64,000 bases of DNA, from NCBI GenBank assembly GCA_050179685.1, contig JBFXEW010000017.1, positions 1 to 64,000 of the forward strand, written 5' to 3'. Origin of the DNA: Salinivirgaceae bacterium. GTDB taxonomy: Bacteria; Bacteroidota; Bacteroidia; Bacteroidales; SZUA-534. A program made the translations under genes and the position numbers. The notes below the pieces were generated by a model that did no database searches, was not told where the DNA came from, and saw only the letters and a program-made list of their open reading frames with translations. Positions 1 through 10,295 of the stretch are shown here, piece after piece. Numbering within the stretch: the stretch's first letter is position 1; every line of letters begins with the position of its first letter.

Positions 1-291
1 ATTGGCGATTGAATTCATTCAAAAGCCAGGATTGAACAATTCTGATAATTCCTGAGAATTAAAGGATACCGCTTTTTCAAAGACAGTTACTTTTTTGATG
101 AAGTAATAAACAACGATTAGTGTTTTATTAATCTCCCTTTTGCGCTAATCCATAAAACTGATTGTTTTTGCAACTGCTCAATTTAATTCCCGAATTACTT
201 AGAATGGACTTTTACAGATGCTTTCTTTTAAAATGAATCATAAACCAACCCTGTTTGCTGGCAAGCAGGATAAATAAATAAATAAATTGTC

Positions 292-1392
292 ATGAAAAGA
301 GTGATTATTAAAAGTGGATTTGTCGGATTATTAATCCGTTTAGGTAAATTAACCAAAGTGTTAAGCGAAGGAAGTCATTGGGTACGTTCCAGCGACGAAA
401 TCTATACTTATGACTTATCCAAACCTTTTCATCCGGCTATGGAACTGAACGTATTGTTGAAAAACGAACAGTTAGCGCAAATGTTAGCGCTTGTGGAAGT
501 AAAAGATAATGAGATTGCGCTTCAATATGTAAACGGTAACTTTAAATATGTGTTGAAACCTGGGCGTTATGCTTTTTGGAAGGGTATAACTGAATATAAA
601 AGTGTGATAGCAGACGTATCTGATATAAAAATATCGGAGCATGTGGATAAAAGTTTGTATCAAACTCCGGAATTAGCGCCATTTATTCGTACCGTTTCAG
701 TGGAACCATATGAAAAAGCGCTTTTGTATATCGATGAGAAGTTTGCTGAAATTTTAGGTTCTGGGGAATATTTTTTCTGGAAAAACCAGACCAAAATTAA
801 AGTGGCTAAAGCAGATATGCGTAACCAACAATTGGAAGTTTCTGGCCAGGAAATCCTGTCGCGCGATAAAGCCAGTTTACGTATTAACTTCTTTGCCCAA
901 TACAAAGTGGTGGATATAGCAAAGGCTTTGAGTGAAAATAACGATTACACCAAACAATTGTATGTTTTGATGCAATTGGCATTACGCGAGTATATTGGCA
1001 CCAGGGATTTGGATGAATTGTTGGAAAACAAGGAATCGATAGGTGGATTTGTATTAAGCAAGTTACAGGCAAGTGCTACCGATTTAGGAATTGCTATTAA
1101 AGACTGTGGTGTTAAGGATATCATATTACCCGGTGATGTGAAGGAAATTATGAACCAGGTATTGGTTGCACAAAAGAAGGCGCAAGCCAATGTTATCACC
1201 CGAAGGGAAGAAACTGCTTCGACCCGAAGTTTGTTAAACACCGCTAAATTACTGGAAGAAAATGAGATGCTGTTTAAGTTGAAAGAAATGGAGTATGTGG
1301 AAAAGATAGCCGACAAGATAAACACCATATCTTTGTCTGGAGGAAACCAGATAGTGGATCAACTGAAACAAATATTCGTTTCTGGTAAATAA
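292..1392 (+). CDS. SPFH/band-7 (stomatin/prohibitin-like) domain protein
   Basis: 366 aa; the central region reads like an SPFH domain followed by a coiled-coil tail (LRINFFAQYKVVDIAKA...VLVAQKKAQANVITRREETAST). It sits 55 bp upstream of rtcB on the same strand. Confidence 0.55.
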   Translation: MKRVIIKSGFVGLLIRLGKLTKVLSEGSHWVRSSDEIYTYDLSKPFHPAMELNVLLKNEQLAQMLALVEVKDNEIALQYVNGNFKYVLKPGRYAFWKGITEYKSVIADVSDIKISEHVDKSLYQTPELAPFIRTVSVEPYEKALLYIDEKFAEILGSGEYFFWKNQTKIKVAKADMRNQQLEVSGQEILSRDKASLRINFFAQYKVVDIAKALSENNDYTKQLYVLMQLALREYIGTRDLDELLENKESIGGFVLSKLQASATDLGIAIKDCGVKDIILPGDVKEIMNQVLVAQKKAQANVITRREETASTRSLLNTAKLLEENEMLFKLKEMEYVEKIADKINTISLSGGNQIVDQLKQIFVSGK

Positions 1393-1447
1393 GAATCAGT
1401 GTAAGGACGCGACTTCAAGTCGCATCCTTACTTAAAAAATTAAAAAA

Positions 1448-2617
1448 ATGAGACAAGTTATATCAACCAAAAATAAACCGATAAAATTGTGGCTTAACGA
1501 CATGGAAGAAGGTGCCCTGGTGCAAGCCCGAAATCTGGCAAATCTGCCGTTCACCTTTAAACATGTCGCCATTATGCCCGACAGTCACCAGGGTTATGGA
1601 ATGCCCATTGGCGGGGTTTTGGCTACCAATGGCGTGGTAATTCCAAATGCAGTGGGTGTAGATATTGGCTGCGGAATGTGTGCCTTAAAAACCAATTTGC
1701 AAGAAATTGAAACACTGGTTCTGAAAAAAATCATGAGTGGTATTCGCGAGCGCGTTCCATTGGGATTTGACCATCATAAAGATTGCCAGAATGAAAGCCT
1801 GTTGCCATCATTGGAAAGTGTTCCCAAAGGTGGAGTTGTTGAACGGCAATATGTGGCAGCTTTAAAACAAGTTGGAACATTAGGAGGTGGAAATCACTTT
1901 ATCGAAATACAAAAAGGTTCCGATGGACATATTTGGGTAATGATTCATTCCGGTAGCCGGAATATCGGCTTAAAAGTAGCAGCACATTACAATAAGTTAG
2001 CGCAGAAATTGAATGAACGTTGGTATGCTCAAATTCCCAAAAGTTGGGATTTGGCTTTTTTACCCATTGAAACACAGGAAGCGCACGACTACTTTGCTGA
2101 AATGAGTTATTGTGTTGATTTTGCCTTTGCCAACCGTAAGTTGATGATGGAAAATATAAAAGAGGCTTTTGCAAGCGAATTGGGTGCTGAATTTTCAGCG
2201 CTTGATTTCATCAATATTGCGCACAATTATGCCCGTTGGGAAAATCATTACAATACCAACGTCATTGTGCATCGAAAAGGAGCTACCAGTGCGCAAGAAG
2301 GTGAAATTGGAATTATTCCTGGTTCACAAGGTACCAAAAGCTATATTGTGCAAGGCAAAGGAAATCCGGAAAGCTTTACCAGTTGTTCGCATGGGGCCGG
2401 TCGGGCATTAGGACGCAAGCAAGCGCAACGCCAACTCGATTTGGATGCAGAGATTGCAAAGTTGGATAAGCAAAACATCATTCATGCCATTCGAAGCACC
2501 AAAGACCTGGACGAAGCTCCGGGAGCATACAAGGATATTGATGTGGTGATGGAGAATCAAAAAGATTTGGTAGATATTCTGGTGGAATTGCATCCAATGG
2601 CGGTAATTAAAGGATAA
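1448..2617 (+). CDS. rtcB: RNA 3'-phosphate/2',3'-cyclic phosphate ligase RtcB
   Basis: 389 aa; RtcB hallmark metal-binding and ligase motifs are present (MPDSHQGYGMPIGG, GVDIGCGMCA, GGGNHFIEIQ, HSGSRNIG, CSHGAGR). The length matches bacterial RtcB. Confidence 0.85.
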   Translation: MRQVISTKNKPIKLWLNDMEEGALVQARNLANLPFTFKHVAIMPDSHQGYGMPIGGVLATNGVVIPNAVGVDIGCGMCALKTNLQEIETLVLKKIMSGIRERVPLGFDHHKDCQNESLLPSLESVPKGGVVERQYVAALKQVGTLGGGNHFIEIQKGSDGHIWVMIHSGSRNIGLKVAAHYNKLAQKLNERWYAQIPKSWDLAFLPIETQEAHDYFAEMSYCVDFAFANRKLMMENIKEAFASELGAEFSALDFINIAHNYARWENHYNTNVIVHRKGATSAQEGEIGIIPGSQGTKSYIVQGKGNPESFTSCSHGAGRALGRKQAQRQLDLDAEIAKLDKQNIIHAIRSTKDLDEAPGAYKDIDVVMENQKDLVDILVELHPMAVIKG

Positions 2618-2657
2618 TTAACAACTTTATTTTTATAAACCATTAAACCCTTTTAAA

Positions 2658-3338
2658 ATGAAAAATTGTGAAATTTCAATTAATCAATTGGCTGAATTTT
2701 CTGATGCTACGCAAAGACGAAAAACAACCCTGGTTGAACAACAAATTGTTCCTAATAAAGTATTGTTGCCCTGGTATCAATTGGCGAAAGCTAAGATTAA
2801 AAAAAGCATTGAACAGCAAGGTGATTTAACCCCTATTAATGAGGGAATAAGCCAATTACTAAATCAACAACCGGATAAAGACTGGAAGCATCACAATAAA
2901 TTTATTTCCATTGAAGCTTTACAACGATTTGTATCAATGAAACTACCAAAAGTATTACAAAACGTAAATTATCAGATAATTAAACCGGAAAAGAAAATTT
3001 TTTACATTCATGGAGTTGCTATAAAAGTAGCTCCTGAAGTAATAGTAAATGTTAATGTCAACGGGCGAGCAATTATTGGAGCCTTTAAAATTCATATCAA
3101 GAAGAAGCATTTTTCGAAGCAGCAAGCTGAACTGGTAGCAAATATCTTATATCGCTATCTAAATGAAGAGGTTGCAGATAAAAATGAAGAAGTACTACCA
3201 GAATATTGTTTTTGCTTGGATGTATTCTCCGAACGAATTATCCATGCAAATAAAAAAGATGCTGAAAACCTGGAAACTTTGAAAAACCTTTGTGTGGAAA
3301 TAAAAGAAATATGGGATAGCATTCAAATTTCCCAATAA
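2658..3338 (+). CDS. hypothetical protein
   Basis: 226 aa ORF with reasonable codon usage and no recognisable motif. Confidence 0.3.
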   Translation: MKNCEISINQLAEFSDATQRRKTTLVEQQIVPNKVLLPWYQLAKAKIKKSIEQQGDLTPINEGISQLLNQQPDKDWKHHNKFISIEALQRFVSMKLPKVLQNVNYQIIKPEKKIFYIHGVAIKVAPEVIVNVNVNGRAIIGAFKIHIKKKHFSKQQAELVANILYRYLNEEVADKNEEVLPEYCFCLDVFSERIIHANKKDAENLETLKNLCVEIKEIWDSIQISQ

Positions 3339-3453
3339 TTTCTGTAACATGCTAAACTTCGTAATCATATGGCTTACTTTAACTTTAATTTTCGGAGTAT
3401 TGTATGCCCTGTTCAATCGAAAAGATAAAAGTTAGTTTTAGATTTAATTCGAA

Positions 3454-3855
3454 ATGATGCAAAAGGCAAAATTTGATAAAATTACCATGAACCGGACTGC
3501 CAGTTACGGAACCAGTCCGGTTTATTCATTGGAAATTTTAGGCAATGGGCAGGTGACTTTCGAAGGAATTGGTTTTGTTAAAAGCAAAGGAAACCATCAT
3601 TGGGAATTGCCAAATACTGCAATAACTCAAATTAATAATGAACTATTTTCCTCCCGTTTTTTTGAAATTCAGAAACAAAGCGATTATTGTATTATTGAAA
3701 GTTGCCAGAGCTATAGTACACTTACTGTATGGATGGATACCGGGGAAACAAGAACCATTGAACACGATTTGGGAAGTTCGGAATGGCCACAATCATTAAC
3801 TGATTTTGAATCGTTAATAATAAATGTTTCAGGGATAAAAAAATACCTGACCTAA
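3454..3855 (+). CDS. hypothetical protein
   Basis: 133 aa ORF; no recognisable motif. Confidence 0.3.
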   Translation: MMQKAKFDKITMNRTASYGTSPVYSLEILGNGQVTFEGIGFVKSKGNHHWELPNTAITQINNELFSSRFFEIQKQSDYCIIESCQSYSTLTVWMDTGETRTIEHDLGSSEWPQSLTDFESLIINVSGIKKYLT

Positions 3856-3939
3856 AATTAACGTTGATTCCTACTCAATCATTCATTATTTTCGCCACTA
3901 TATTTTTTTTGAAACACATATACCTCAAATTATCACAAA

Positions 3940-5547
3940 ATGCTTACCGGACAACAACGAAACGATATCGACCGCATATGGAAGGAATTCTGGCAAAACG
4001 GAATGACTGACCCCCTAAGTATCATTAAACAAATTACTTACCTCTTATTTATCCGAAGTCTCGATCGGCAACAGGAACTAAAGGAAAAACAAGCCAATAA
4101 ATTGGGAGTGAAAATTAATGACCCCATTTATACGCCTGAGCAGCGAAACCTGCGATGGAGCGTTTTTAAAGATAGCGATCCCGAACAAATGTTCCACCTG
4201 TTCAGAAAAGAAAACGGTGTATTCGATTTTATACGTAACCTGGGTGCCAAAGGCGGTTTGTTTGCACAAACCATGCGTTACGCTAATTTCGAAATAAACT
4301 CGCCCAGACTACTTGATAAGGTGATACAGCTACTCGACCAGGTAAAAATGGACGATCGCGATACCAAAGGCGATGTGTACGAATATCTTTTGAGCAAACT
4401 TTCATCAGCCGGTATAAATGGACAATTCCGGACACCCAAACACATTATACGCATGATGGTGGAGCTGATGCAACCCCAGACCGACGATTTGGTGTGTGAC
4501 CCCGCTGCCGGAACTTCCGGTTTCCTGGTAACGGTTGCCGAATATTTGCATGATACTAACGAAGATGCCTTTTATAAAAGCGATTTTAAAAAGCACTACA
4601 ACGAACAAATGTTTAGCGGATTCGAAAACGATACCACGATGGTAGGTATTGGCGCCATGAATTTGCAAATGCACGGCATTGAAAACCCACAGCTCAAATA
4701 CCGCGATGCCCTGAGCAACGATAACGATATCTCTGATAAATTTTCATTGATTCTGGCCAATCCTCCCTTTACCGGTTCGGTAGATTACGAGGGTATTGAG
4801 CTAAGCCTTAAAAAAGCCTTGAACCTGGGAAAAACGGCTAAAAGTGCCAAAACTGAATTGTTGTTTTTAGCCTTAATGCTGCGTATGTTACGCCCGGGTG
4901 GACGATGTGCGGTAATTGTTCCTGCCGGAGTATTATTTGGAAGTACCAAAAGCCATATAGCAGTGCGCAAATCTCTGGTTGACGAACACCAATTACAAGC
5001 AGTTATTAGTATGCCAAGCGGTGTATTTAAACCCTATACCGGAGTAGCTACGGCCATTCTTATTTTTACCAAAACCGGTACCGGAGGCACCGACAAGGTT
5101 TGGTTTTACGATATGAAAGCAGATGGCTACAGCCTGGACGACAAACGCGACATGCTTGGAAAACCCGATGAAAAAGACCCGGAATTACCTTTGTTACGCA
5201 AATATACCCACAAGGAAAACAATATCCCCGACATCGTAGCTAGGTTTCATAACCTTGTCTCCTCTGATTCAGGGGAGATGTCCGAAGGACAGAGTGGTGA
5301 AGAATTACCACAAGCAGCCGAACCACAAACCTATTACCGTACAGAAAACGACCGCACCGCCCAACACTTTTTTGTACTTGCCAACGAAATACGCGCCGAA
5401 AACTATAACCTAAGCTTTAACCTGTACCAGGAAATTGTTTACAAAGAAGTAAAATATGATGCTCCTAAAACTATTATCGAACGTATTGAAACCCTGGATA
5501 AAGAACGCCAGGACTTAATGAAAGCATTGGGAGGTTTGTTGGGATGA
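3940..5547 (+). CDS. hsdM: Type I restriction-modification N6-adenine DNA methyltransferase subunit M
   Basis: 535 aa; the N-terminal HsdM_N-like region is followed by an AdoMet motif I (VCDPAAGTSGFLV) and catalytic motif IV (LANPPFTG). It overlaps hsdS by 4 nt. Confidence 0.9.
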   Translation: MLTGQQRNDIDRIWKEFWQNGMTDPLSIIKQITYLLFIRSLDRQQELKEKQANKLGVKINDPIYTPEQRNLRWSVFKDSDPEQMFHLFRKENGVFDFIRNLGAKGGLFAQTMRYANFEINSPRLLDKVIQLLDQVKMDDRDTKGDVYEYLLSKLSSAGINGQFRTPKHIIRMMVELMQPQTDDLVCDPAAGTSGFLVTVAEYLHDTNEDAFYKSDFKKHYNEQMFSGFENDTTMVGIGAMNLQMHGIENPQLKYRDALSNDNDISDKFSLILANPPFTGSVDYEGIELSLKKALNLGKTAKSAKTELLFLALMLRMLRPGGRCAVIVPAGVLFGSTKSHIAVRKSLVDEHQLQAVISMPSGVFKPYTGVATAILIFTKTGTGGTDKVWFYDMKADGYSLDDKRDMLGKPDEKDPELPLLRKYTHKENNIPDIVARFHNLVSSDSGEMSEGQSGEELPQAAEPQTYYRTENDRTAQHFFVLANEIRAENYNLSFNLYQEIVYKEVKYDAPKTIIERIETLDKERQDLMKALGGLLG

Positions 5548-6716
5548 AATATGCAGTATTAGGAAATTTGTGTAAAATGCAATCTGGGGGGACACCTCGT
5601 CGAGGTAATAACCATTATTATGGAGGAAAGATTCCTTGGGTTAAAATTGGTGATATTGATAAATCCAATGGAAAACCTATTACACAAACCACTGAAACAA
5701 TCACTAAGGAAGGATTAGAATCAATTAGTAACAGGCTTTTCTCAAAAGGCACTTTATTGCTCGCAATGTATGGATCAGTTGGAAAAACAGCATTTGCAGG
5801 TACTGAATTATCAACAAATCAAGCAATTCTAGGAATAAACATTAAAGACGAAAGCCTTCTTGATTATTCTTATTTAAAGCATTGGTTTGATTATAATAGA
5901 TTGAAAATACTTAAAGGTGCAAGAGGGGCAACTCTCCAGAATATTTCTGCAACAATTGTAAAGGGTTTTAAAATCCCCCTCCCCCCACTACCCGAACAAA
6001 AACGTATTGCCCAAATATTGGATAAAGCCGATACCTTACGCCAAAAAAATAAACAATTATTGGCTACTTACGATGAACTGCTAAAAGCTACATTTTTAGA
6101 TATGTTTGGCGATCCGGCTAACAATCAAAAAGGGTTACCACTGGGTACAATTAGAGATTTAGTTGATACAGTTAACTATGGAACTAGTTCAAAAGCAGAA
6201 GATAATGGAGAATTTCCTTATTTAAGAATGAATAATATTACTTATGAAGGGGCAATGGATTTTTCTGATTTAAAATACATTAACCTTTCAGAAAAAGAAA
6301 AGCCAAAATATATTATTAAGAAAGGTGATTTATTGTTTAACCGTACAAACAGTAAGGAGCTAGTTGGTAAAACAGCTGTATATAGAGAAAAGCAAGAAAT
6401 GGTTATTGCAGGTTACATTATTAGAGTTAGAGCTAATGATAAAGCAAATACAGATTACATTTCTGCATATTTAAATTCCAAACATGGTAAAGCTGTTTTG
6501 AGAGGTTTATGCAAAAGTATTGTTGGAATGGCAAACATTAATGCCCAGGAATTACAAAAAATTAAAATATTGATTCCACCAATAAGTATCCAAAACCAAT
6601 TTGCTCAAATCGTTGAAAATATTGAAGCTCAAAAAGCCATACTTAAGCAAAGCATACAACAGTGTGAAAATTTATTTAATGCTTTGGTGCAAAAAGCTTT
6701 TAAGAGTGAATTGTAG
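5544..6716 (+). CDS. hsdS: Type I restriction-modification specificity subunit S
   Basis: 390 aa; there are two target recognition domains separated by the conserved central repeat (FKIPLPPLPEQKRIAQILD), with a C-terminal conserved helix. Start overlaps the hsdM stop. Confidence 0.8.
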   Translation: MKYAVLGNLCKMQSGGTPRRGNNHYYGGKIPWVKIGDIDKSNGKPITQTTETITKEGLESISNRLFSKGTLLLAMYGSVGKTAFAGTELSTNQAILGINIKDESLLDYSYLKHWFDYNRLKILKGARGATLQNISATIVKGFKIPLPPLPEQKRIAQILDKADTLRQKNKQLLATYDELLKATFLDMFGDPANNQKGLPLGTIRDLVDTVNYGTSSKAEDNGEFPYLRMNNITYEGAMDFSDLKYINLSEKEKPKYIIKKGDLLFNRTNSKELVGKTAVYREKQEMVIAGYIIRVRANDKANTDYISAYLNSKHGKAVLRGLCKSIVGMANINAQELQKIKILIPPISIQNQFAQIVENIEAQKAILKQSIQQCENLFNALVQKAFKSEL

Positions 6717-6761
6717 GAGAACGGAGCGCCTGCTCCGATTTAAGTTTTAAGTGAAAAGACC

Positions 6762-7640
6762 ATGAAAGAAGAAAAGAAAAAATCACCTCCTAGGATAATT
6801 CATATTGGTAAAGTGACTGGTAAAACCTCTGCTAAATTTACTATTTCATTGGCAAAAAATGCAGAGCAAATAATCCAGAACCAAAATAAAGCCTTGCAGG
6901 CAATAGCTGAAAATTTGATTCGTAGGGCTCAAAATCAAGATAAAGCAATTCAAGCCATCCAAAGGAAGTTGCAGCAGTGGCAAAATTTCCCATCAGTTGA
7001 AACTTTGGCCGATAGTTTAAAACTTATTAAAGGTATATCCGTTTTTCCTTTAGACGGTTGGTATTTAAGCAACGATGCCGTTGAAGTACTTGGTGGTATT
7101 TATTTGATTCATGTTTCTGAAAACTGGCAGGATACAGCAATCAAAAATGATTTTCAAAGCAAAACAATAGCTTATGTAAACAAATACCTGGATACAATAA
7201 AGATTAAGATTCTTAATCAGGCATCAAACCGTTCAACTGTTATCGACGAAATATTTAAGCTTCATAATGAAAAACGATATTGGGCTGCTATCCCATTGGC
7301 TTTAGCCCAAATTGATGGGATTTGCAATGAACATTATGGTGTGGGCTTTTTCAAGAATGAAAGAGTAGAAAAGAAAAAATATATACAGAAATTAACCAAA
7401 ACACTTGAGGACAAATCTTTTTCGTCTTTACTTCATAAGCAAATGCAATTTGATGATAAAAATAAGTTGCAATTAATACAGGGTAATAATACAAGTTTCG
7501 ACCAATTAAACCGCCATACAATAATGCATGGGGAATCCACAGAATATGGCACTGAAATAAATTCAACCAAAGCCATATTACTTTTAGATTTTTTAAGAGA
7601 CTTGATTGAATCAGCTATTTATGATACAACTTGTGAATAA
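6762..7640 (+). CDS. hypothetical protein (restriction-linked ORF, coiled-coil N-terminus)
   Basis: 292 aa; the N-terminus is Q/A-rich coiled coil with no catalytic motif. It lies between hsdS and the AAA ATPase. Confidence 0.4.
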   Translation: MKEEKKKSPPRIIHIGKVTGKTSAKFTISLAKNAEQIIQNQNKALQAIAENLIRRAQNQDKAIQAIQRKLQQWQNFPSVETLADSLKLIKGISVFPLDGWYLSNDAVEVLGGIYLIHVSENWQDTAIKNDFQSKTIAYVNKYLDTIKIKILNQASNRSTVIDEIFKLHNEKRYWAAIPLALAQIDGICNEHYGVGFFKNERVEKKKYIQKLTKTLEDKSFSSLLHKQMQFDDKNKLQLIQGNNTSFDQLNRHTIMHGESTEYGTEINSTKAILLLDFLRDLIESAIYDTTCE

Positions 7641-7840
7641 GATTCAATTATAGCTAATTCAAATAGGAATTTCATCGGATAAGTGATTACATACAATTAG
7701 ATTCCATTCATAGCCCTTTTCAAGCAACAAACCGAAAAATGTAATCAAAAGTATACAGGCTTGTAAACATTTTTATACAAAATGTAAACATTTTGCACAT
7801 TTTAAATGTATATTTGTGAAATTATCTCAAATATACAATT

Positions 7841-9109
7841 ATGATTATTGAATTTAGTGTTAAAAATTACCGGTCGATTAAAGAGCTACAAACATTAAGC
7901 ATGTTAGCTGCTCCTATTAAATCGAAAAAATCGGAATTAGATACACAAAATATTATTCCGGTTTCAGAAAATTTCTCGCTGCTTAAAACAGCCGCTATTT
8001 ATGGCGCAAATGGAAGTGGAAAAAGTAGCATTGTAAAAGCTATGCTAAACATGTTCGTTTTTATTCGCGATTCATTTAAAAATGATAAGTTGGGAGAACG
8101 TATTATTCAACCTTTTGAATTAAATGATACCAGCATTTATGAACCTACTTTTTTTCAGCTTATTTTTATTGTGGGTGAAGTAAAGTATCGTTATGGTTTT
8201 GAAATTTTTAAAAATGAAGTTGTTAGCGAATGGTTGTTTGGTACACCTGGTAAAAAAGAGGTTTACTATTTCCGACGTAGTGACGGGAAGATTGATATCA
8301 ACAAAACAAAATTCCCTGAAGGGATGGGTTTGATTGATAAAACCAGTTCAAATAACTTGTTCTTGAATATTGCGAAAGCATTTAATGGTAAGGAATCAAA
8401 AAAAATCCTGGACTATTTTGAATTAAAAATAGCTATTAATCTTGGCGTCAACGATTTTGGATTCAGAGATACAACCTTAGCATTACTGGAAAATAGTAAT
8501 GTTAAAAATAGCATTTTATCGTTATTAAATCTTGCTGATTCTGGCATTGAGGATATTGAAAATAAGAAACTTGAAGTTGAAGATGTTCCTGAAAATGCTC
8601 CAAAGGAAATTGTTGATGAAATCAACGAAGGAAAAATTCGTTTTCTATTAACCAAAAGAAAAGCATACAATGAAGCTGGTGAAAAATCTCATTACCAATT
8701 ATTTTCAATGCAGGAAAATGAATCTGAAGGAACAAAAAAGCTTTTTAATTACAGTGGTATTCTGATTCGCGCTCTAACTGATGGTAGGGCCTTAGTTATT
8801 GACGAATTTGATGCTCGCTTGCACCCCTTAATTACAAAGAAAATTGTTGAATTATTTAATTCTAAAGAAACTAATAAACGTGGGGCTCAGCTAATTTTTG
8901 TTACCCACGATACAAATTTATTAGACAAGGATTTGTTAAGACAAGACCAAATTTATTTCGTGGAAAAAAACTCCAAAGGAGAATCTGAATTTTATTCACT
9001 TGCTGAATTCAAAGGCATTCGTAACGATGCTTCATATGAAAAGGATTATATTAAAGGTAAGTACGGAGCCATTCCGTTTTTAGGTGATTTTACAAAACTA
9101 TTTGACTAA
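7841..9109 (+). CDS. AAA_21/OLD-family ATPase (AbiLi/AriA-like)
   Basis: 422 aa; Walker A (GANGSGKSS) sits near the N-terminus. A long insertion precedes Walker B (LVIDEFDARLHP) and an ABC-like signature region. Its stop overlaps the start of the RloB-like gene. Confidence 0.7.
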   Translation: MIIEFSVKNYRSIKELQTLSMLAAPIKSKKSELDTQNIIPVSENFSLLKTAAIYGANGSGKSSIVKAMLNMFVFIRDSFKNDKLGERIIQPFELNDTSIYEPTFFQLIFIVGEVKYRYGFEIFKNEVVSEWLFGTPGKKEVYYFRRSDGKIDINKTKFPEGMGLIDKTSSNNLFLNIAKAFNGKESKKILDYFELKIAINLGVNDFGFRDTTLALLENSNVKNSILSLLNLADSGIEDIENKKLEVEDVPENAPKEIVDEINEGKIRFLLTKRKAYNEAGEKSHYQLFSMQENESEGTKKLFNYSGILIRALTDGRALVIDEFDARLHPLITKKIVELFNSKETNKRGAQLIFVTHDTNLLDKDLLRQDQIYFVEKNSKGESEFYSLAEFKGIRNDASYEKDYIKGKYGAIPFLGDFTKLFD

Positions 9110-9798
9110 TGGCTTATATAAAACCAACTGATAAAAATAAAGCCTGGGCGCAACGAACGATGACCAATAAGCGGGAATTACGCCAGTTTGATATTCGCAA
9201 CTTGTTTCGTATTTACTGTGAAGGAGAGAATACAGAACCAGAGTATTTCAGGAGTTTCCCCGTAAATACTGAAACCAGGGTTGAAGCTATTGGTTTAGCA
9301 CGAAGTAAAACCTCGTTAGTTAAAAAGGCTATTGAATTACTGGAAAAGGACGAACTTTTAAAAGGTCGGGAAAATTACGATAGTGACCGTCAATTATGGG
9401 TGGTTTTTGATTATGACACAAGAGGACTTGCCAATGAAGCCGCAGATTTTAACAAAGCAATAAATCTTGCCGAACAAAAGGGCATTAATGTCGCTTATTC
9501 AAACGATAGTTTTGAGCTTTGGTTTGTGTTGCATTATCAATTTACAGATAATGCTCTTACACGGAAGGAATACTATGATATTTTATCCGGTAAATTAAAT
9601 TGCAACTATGAACAGGATGGTAAAACCAAAGATTTTGCTAAAGCATTATACGCTATTTATCTACCACAACAACAGCAAGCAATAAACCATGCCAATAGGT
9701 TGTATGAACAAATGCAACATAAAACCTATGCCGATCAAAATCCTTGCACCACAGTATTTAAGCTGGTAATGGAACTAAATAAGTGTTTAAAGAAGTGA
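9109..9798 (+). CDS. RloB-like protein (AbiLii-like partner of AAA_21 ATPase)
   Basis: 229 aa; the N-terminal motif (YCEGENTEPEYF) is typical of the RloB/Toprim-like family. The ATGA start/stop overlap with the upstream ATPase indicates translational coupling. Confidence 0.5.
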   Translation: MAYIKPTDKNKAWAQRTMTNKRELRQFDIRNLFRIYCEGENTEPEYFRSFPVNTETRVEAIGLARSKTSLVKKAIELLEKDELLKGRENYDSDRQLWVVFDYDTRGLANEAADFNKAINLAEQKGINVAYSNDSFELWFVLHYQFTDNALTRKEYYDILSGKLNCNYEQDGKTKDFAKALYAIYLPQQQQAINHANRLYEQMQHKTYADQNPCTTVFKLVMELNKCLKK

Positions 9799-10060
9799 TT
9801 ATTAGAATAAGAATGCAAACATATAGATATTAACATAATATGACATGCATGCAGACTTGCTGACAATAATTTGACATTAAAAACAACGTTTTTTGTCTAT
9901 GTGTCATATTAATGTGTTGGAAATTAAGTAGAATAATAAACATTTATACGAACTTATTAACAATAGCTATAATTTATTATACATAGCATTATTTTTGTGT
10001 AAAATGAATTAACATGAAAAAAGTAAAAATATGATCTGATTAAAAGAGCTTAAACAAAAA

Positions 10061-10104
10061 GGTAAATGCAATATTGTCTTGGCGGACCGCATTTACCTTT
10101 TTAT
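10061..10104. terminator. hairpin + T-run (possibly bidirectional intrinsic terminator)
   Basis: A GGTAAATGC...GCATTTACC stem is flanked by an A-run upstream and TTTTT downstream. Confidence 0.35.
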
Positions 10105-10295
10105 AAGGATATTACAAGATTTCAAGGAAATCATCAAGCGTAGCTCGACTTGTTTGTATATCCAGTGATTGAGGCTGCAATATAGCATATTTTTTAATAT
10201 CCTACCATTAATCAATCTCAATCAGTAAATATTTAACTATGCTTGGTTATGTATATAACCAATACAAGATTCGTAAACGTTAATTTTTTTTCAAA

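Noticed and set aside
660-1328. Three minus-strand ORFs (81, 62, 127 aa) inside the SPFH gene
   Set aside because: These are antisense shadow ORFs of a well-supported plus-strand CDS, with low-complexity translations.
1400-1430. Strong hairpin after SPFH gene as intrinsic terminator
   Set aside because: It is followed by an A-rich rather than a T-rich tract, and rtcB starts 18 nt later. It is more likely a co-transcribed RNA structure than a terminator, and is noted inside the SPFH-RtcB finding instead.
5975-5990. C5-T-C6 tract inside hsdS (possible phase-variation tract)
   Set aside because: It encodes the conserved central PLPPLPEQ repeat of HsdS. The tract is interrupted and too short (<8) for efficient slipped-strand phase variation.
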